Below are positions 56,510 through 64,000 of a stretch of 64,000 nt of DNA, in pieces; the first letter of the stretch is position 1; each line of letters starts with the position of its first letter. The notes below the pieces were generated by a model. The model made no database searches, was not told where the DNA came from, and worked only from the letters and a program-made list of their open reading frames with translations. The DNA is from Octopus vulgaris (taxonomy: Eukaryota), in contig OX597825.1 of the NCBI GenBank assembly GCA_951406725.2, positions 37,820,001 through 37,884,000 of the forward strand, given 5' to 3'. The position numbers were made by a program, and so were the translations under genes.

Positions 56510-57199
56510 GAGATCAATATTCGCCATGGTGATTATGAACCTCTGATAGTGAACCACGGTGAGTTTTGAACTTGGTACAAAGAGAGCAAACAGCAAAAAG
56601 AGCAAGACATTTAATAGTGTTTCTTTAAGTCCATCGTTTTCATTAATAATCTTTCTAACGTTGGTACAAGACACATTTTAGCAGAGGAGTGTAATAAGAT
56701 TATATTAAGCCAAAATAATTTACTAATATTTTATTGTATCAATCTAAGGAACATAAAGATCAAAGACGAACTTGGTGAGATTCAATCCAGAGCGTAATTA
56801 AATGTAACAATACCGTAAAACATTATGCCTGGCGCTTTGACGAGTCCACAGCCGAACTGTTTTCTTTAAATAATTATACCGTATAATGAAATATGAATAC
56901 ACATTGGAGGGAAGTAGCTCTATGAATTTAATCAACTCTGTTAAATTATTGTTATAAGGATTAACTATGGAAGAATAAAATAATCACGTTTTTGAATTTA
57001 TAAAAGAAGTTAATGTTATGAAGTAACGGGTTCTGCCTATGTATGCAATATCTAAATATATGAAAAATGCAAAATGCAAGTGTATCTATAGTGTGTGCGA
57101 GTATATGTATGTACAAATATATGTGCGTGTCTTGATATTTATCTATATCTATATCTATCTAGCTATCTATATACATATACATACATACACACACAAACA

Positions 57200-58133
<934 letters not shown>

Positions 58134-58134
58134 T

Positions 58135-58198
<64 letters not shown>

Positions 58199-58201
<3 letters not shown>

Positions 58202-58536
58202 AAATATTAGGGAATAAATCCAAACTTACAGGGAAAAATCAGATTTAGGATTAAATCCAATTTTATAGTATAAATATATTATATTATATTAAATTAGAGA
58301 TAAAACCACTATTAGGCAAATCAAACGATGAAAAACATAAGCCAATACATAAAATAATTTAATTTATATTATTTTAAATTTATATCAAAAGTATTAAAAG
58401 TTTCATACTCTTTATCTTTTATTAAACTCTTAATACTTTTGATATATATTTAAAATAATATAAATTAAATTATTTTATGTATTTGCTTATGTTTTTCATT
58501 GTTTGATTTGCCTAATAGTGGTTTTATCGCTAATTT

Positions 58537-58537
<1 letters not shown>
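58199..58537 (-). mobile_element. Fold-back element D2 (arms 58290-58403 / 58424-58537, tail 58199-58289) inside (TA)n
   Basis: Same tail (TATTAGGGAATAAATCCAAA) and arm start as D1 but a different turn-around point. Confidence 0.88.
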
Positions 58538-58577
<40 letters not shown>

Positions 58578-60477
58578 TACACACACATGCGTACATACAT
58601 ATATACATGGCAACATGGAAGGTGGATGTTAGATATTCAGGATAAAACATAGATTCTTAACTTTACGTATACATTTATTGTTGGAAATATAATGTCAATA
58701 TTTTCATCGCTCGAAACTGGGACCTGATCACTAATAAAGCTGTTACTCTGCGTTTGAGACGTAGTACAACAAAGAATAAATGTTTCATTGAAGTTAAAAG
58801 TTATTTATATATGTATTAATGACTGACGTGTTTTCCATACTGGAATGAATTTAAGGTCAACACACGGTTTCAAATAAAGCACTTGTAATTACACCTACAT
58901 ACACTTACAGATGTGGGTGTATGTTTGAGTGTGTGTTTGTGTGTGTGGTTATATTTGTGTGTATCTTTTCTGTTTGGCTGCAGGTGTGGGAATTTCAAAT
59001 TTGGTGTATTAATGAAGTTTTACAAGCTGAATTTCAGGTGGTATTTCACTTTACTCAGAAAAAGTTTTCAAAAAGTTACTGCGGTTTAAAGTCAGAATAT
59101 AGGATTTGGAAATTGTCATTTTGTGCTTGACAGTAAGAGTGGTCAACATTCTGAAAATAACAAGTGTTTTAATATGAAGTGCATTTTAGCGATGTGAGTT
59201 CAAGAGTTTCCAAAACCCCGTTCAGCTGGCAACTACTTTTAAGTATTCGTGATTATAGTTTAAATTTAGGCGATGTTATAGCAAAAGTATTAGCGTTCAG
59301 GACTAGCTGCTTAAGGGTATTCCTTTCGAATATGGATGTAAGTATCGTCAAAGCAAGCTCTGACATTTACCTCATTAGGGTGTATAAAATAAATAGTCAG
59401 TCAAGTACTTAATTCGATGTAATGGACTTCTTTTTACCGAAGATCACTGACCAAAATTTGAACTGTAAATTTTGGTGTAGTAAAACATTCAAACAGAATA
59501 TGTTGCAAACAAATTTTTGAGTGAATTCCTACAGCGCACCAAACATGAAGATAATTCTAGTTGAAGTAGATTTTGTCTTCCCTTTATAGTTAATGAACTA
59601 CAGTCAATACACATATAAGCTTATGCATACACGTAGATATGCCAAAGTGTGTGTGTGCGCATGTGTGTGTTAGTACATAAAAAACAGAAAACATTGATTG
59701 AATAAGGACCGAATACATCTGCAGAAATTAAGTTAACGTTTCTCAAGTCTGAAGAACTTCAAACAAATTTGACGTTTTAGGTACGAAAAGCAAAAGTGTG
59801 ATGCAGCAATCACTGCGAGTGCGCGCGCGCACACATTTACGTGCGCACGCACACACACACATACGTATCTATATATATATATGCACATACAAATACAAAG
59901 ACACTACATATATAAAAGTATTACTTAGCATTGTTAAGAAACTAGTACAAACAAAAGAGTTTATTGATTAGTGGAACTCTAAACAGTTACTGTAAAATTT
60001 ATTGATAACCTCGGTTTGACTAGGACTTAAATTTTTATCTTTAGGGTATTATTCACAATTTTATGTGAAACTTGAATCCTTATTAGAAGTAGAGATTTGT
60101 TCAATGAACTAAGAATTTGTGGGTTACGATATTAAGAATTTGTTGTTTAAGTATTTGATACTGGCCCTTCTTCGTAATTTATATGTTGACACTTTTGTTT
60201 CAGTTTTGCAAATAATCTAGAAGTAATCATATTTTTTAATAGGTCTAAATGTCACATCAGCTGATTAAGACGTTCGGTATATGATACCCTTCGAGACAAA
60301 TAAATGTTCATGGATATCCTGTTATTGTCCTATATGCAAGTTAGTTTTACGGAAGTCTCGCTTTTCTGGCGGATGACCTGATCTTATTTGAAATTGGTGC
60401 AATTCTCACCAATTATTTGTTCTACCTTCTTTAGAAATGGATGTAATTTGTATCAAAATTTTGCCTGATAGTCTCTC

Positions 60478-60602
<125 letters not shown>

Positions 60603-60738
60603 GTAGATAGTGTGTGTGTGTGGATATATGTCTGTATGAGTGTGTGTGAGCGTCTTTGTATATATGTTATACTAACAAAATATTGATTCATCTGTTATAG
60701 ATATTTTGAGACAGATATGATTTTCCAAATAGACACAG

Positions 60739-60820
<82 letters not shown>

Positions 60821-62444
60821 CGAAAGCAAATATCGGCTAAAATTTCTGTTTTATTTTTTTCGCTACAGATCAAATTTCACAGAACGCCGTTGTTGTAGAA
60901 CGATGCAGATGAAGAAATATGGTAGCAGTAATGTGTTATTGTCAAATAAAAGATTGAGTGAAGACCATGTGAAATGAAAGAATAAAACAATGACATATGT
61001 TTTGTAAAATCTAACGATGGAAATCTCTGGTTCGTTAGATTACCATTGATTATCCAATACTGCTTTATTTTTGTGCATATACATATATAATTTATTATAT
61101 CGTCTTTGTCAATGTTTCAATATCTCCTTTGCATTTCTGACTTCTCTTCTATCTTCAATATGTATCCAATTCTTTCGTTTAGTCACTCTTTTCTCTATAT
61201 ATAACCTCTATGAAGATACTGCGGCTCGCTGAATACACATCACATGAACCGACCGATACATATACACACAAAAATATCTCTAAGAATATATTGAATTCTA
61301 AATATTTATAGATTATACATATGTGTACATGAATGATAAATGCGTACACATATGCACTATTGTATATATCCTCACATAAAAGTACAAATGATAATGATAT
61401 CATTACTATCTTCCAAACATATACATATATACCTATATATATATATATGTCTATGTGTGTGTATGTGCGTGTCTATATATGCATATATAGTTGTGTGTGT
61501 ACATACATTCATATATACATACAAGTATATACATATACACACATACACACACATACACGCACACATATAAATTGTATACATATGTGAGTAATTGAGCGTA
61601 TGTGTTTTTGTAAATAATTTTTCTTCTTTCAAAAAATATCTCTCAATATCTTAGTTTCTTTAGCCGAAATAAATACATTTATCTATGTAGTATATTTACA
61701 AAACATTTATTACCAACAGTTTTTCCAACTCGCCTTCAAAAACAACGGGTCTCCTATTATTTACAAGTAAAATGCATCAGCTTGCAAATAGGAGCTCTAT
61801 ATCCAAATAAACATGTATGTTAACTAGGAAGGAGATATGATGAATGACTATGAATGACATTGCAGTGAGAGCGGAGGCCAAATATTTGTTTTTAAAGTGA
61901 TGAGTGGGGTGTATCCCTATAGTGATCAAACTGTAGCGTGACACACCCTGACCAACAATCAATCCTTCCTCCCTCTCTAGATACCGCTGCTTTACTCCTG
62001 AACTTTTTCCCTTTTCTTTCTTTTCCTTTCTTATCTTTTCCTTCCTGCTTCTTTACATCAGTTAGGGCTACGCACAGAAAAGTCTCCCCTTCTTCAAATC
62101 AACAAAAATTCAAGACTGCTTGGATATCTATTCTTCTTTCTTTACCTCTCAGTCTATCTTTCCCTCCACCATCTGTCTCTATCACTTTCCTTATCTGTCT
62201 GGGTAAGCGATTTTATTAATATATCTATTACTGGTTGTTACTATAGGCGAGGTATGAACCGATGGCTACGTCTCTGGTCAGCTCATAATATGTGAGTGAA
62301 ATCATGTGCCCAATGATTATTATACTGGTCCGTTGGTTGGATTGTGCCTGCACTTCAAATTGTACAGTCTAGTCATATTTATGCCCATCCATCCGTCCGT
62401 CCATATGTTAATCCATCCATTCGTCCAGCCATTCATCTACATAC

Positions 62445-62509
<65 letters not shown>

Positions 62510-63819
62510 TATATATATATATATATATATATATGTGTCCCCGCACGCGTGCGCGTGTGTAAATGCGTTACTATATTCATTATATCTGGAAAAACCTGCT
62601 TTTTGCTATTTCTAAGTCACCTTATGATCGGAGATCAGAACCAGCCGATTTCAACTTTACCATCCATCTTTTCTATATCTATTTTCCATTGCCAGAAATA
62701 CAAATAAAGCATAAAGGATAAAGACTCCCGGATCTAGTATTCTTCATTCGCAGAATATGCACTTTTTAAAAGACAGTAAAAAATCTAAAAATCGGTTATA
62801 ATAATAAAGTTTTCCAGTCTAATTGCTATGAAGTTATGATGTGGAGAGAAAAATTAGAGGGAAAAGTTACAGAGGTTTAAATTCGAAAAAACCTGTGTAT
62901 TGAAAGCCAATAGCAATACAGAAATTTTCTGCGTTTAGTTTGAAATTTATAGTTTAGCGTCTGTGAAATGACCTCTTTATTGTGGGTTTCTAAATAAACA
63001 GAAATACCTAATAAAATCAATATTTGACCTCTTACTGTTTCTTTTGTCTCTTCATTGATTGTATGTTTTTATTATTTTTAAAAATTTCTAATATTAATAT
63101 ATTTGTCTGCATATGTTTACTTTAAGCATATTTCAGTATTATGATTACCCGTCATGTATTTGTGTACATCATTAATATATAAGTGCATGTGTGTGTGTGT
63201 GTGAATGTGTACAGGCGGTGTCTGTCTCCAAAATTTCAAAGTTGAGTTACGTTTTCCTGCTTGGATTTGTAAACTAAGATAAGAATAACGCTGGTCAACA
63301 AAGAATTTGCCTCAAGAAAAAGAATACCAGTACCTTATATGTTTTTTGCATGCAGAATTCAAAAATAATGTCAAATTATCTGTACTATACTCCCATATTC
63401 CTTTCACCTTCATAATGCCAAGAAACAGTATAAACATCGCAAACAACTTTTGCGATATTTGAAAAATATATAAAATATTATGACAATTGGCGAAAAATAT
63501 CTATAGTAAAATTCTAACTGATAAATACAAATTTTTATTAAAACGAAACAGGCGGGTGATGTAAATCTCGTGGTGTGCGGTTGGAACACAGCACAATGTG
63601 CGGTTGTCATGGTCACAAGCTGTTAATGCCTCGCTTTCTGTTGATTAGCTAAAATTACCCAAATTTCCCAACTTCAATTCCAAATAACATTAGATTCTTT
63701 AATTTACGAGAAAAAGTAATTGGTTGATCTTAATCAAAATTCAGAGTTGCTTCGATACACCAAAAATTGAAGACAATCTGAGCAAAATTAAAGGGGTTTA
63801 ATTTTGTGAATAAAAAAGA

Positions 63820-64000
63820 GTAGGTCCGACCGATTCGGTCATGAATGACCATGGGATTGCACCTAGAAAGTCCCCCCCCCCAAGGCACAAGTCCGGGCAA
63901 GGTTGTTCATGGAAGACAAACAGTTGTCCATGCATAACAGCAACCCATTCCCACGCAAAGGCTGATACAACTTTGCATCAGTGATGTCGCAACTAATTTC
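63820..64000 (-). mobile_element. Family 3 SINE-like element 3' part, truncated by the window end
   Basis: GACCATGGGATTGCACCTAGAAAG...GCAAAGGCTGATAC...CAGTGATGTCGCAACT matches 16560-16840. Confidence 0.75.

Overview
AT-rich, microsatellite-dense eukaryotic non-coding DNA with no intact protein-coding gene. Nearly all listed ORFs are translations of (TA)n/(CA)n/(TCTA)n/(TTA)n repeats. The tRNA-derived SINEs look like the octopus OR/OK families, so this is probably an Octopus intron or intergenic region (recognised from memory, no search run). The window holds at least 3 SINE families, two mariner relics, a hAT MITE, a Helentron-like element, a CR1/L2-type RT fragment and a decayed Penelope-like (PLE) GIY-YIG endonuclease. 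The main unexplained structure is about 12 short non-coding fold-back (inverted-repeat) elements from several unrelated sequence families. Most abut (TA)n tracts and have the layout arm / inverted arm / unpaired tail. About 10 minimal type I hammerhead ribozyme motifs lie in these and related inserts, several with recurrent variant cores (CCGANGA, CUGUNGA). Three dissimilar families share a structured 3' tail, and one insertion is accompanied by an inverted copy of flanking host DNA. Best reading: non-autonomous or truncated products of a (TA)n-targeting, hammerhead-bearing PLE system.
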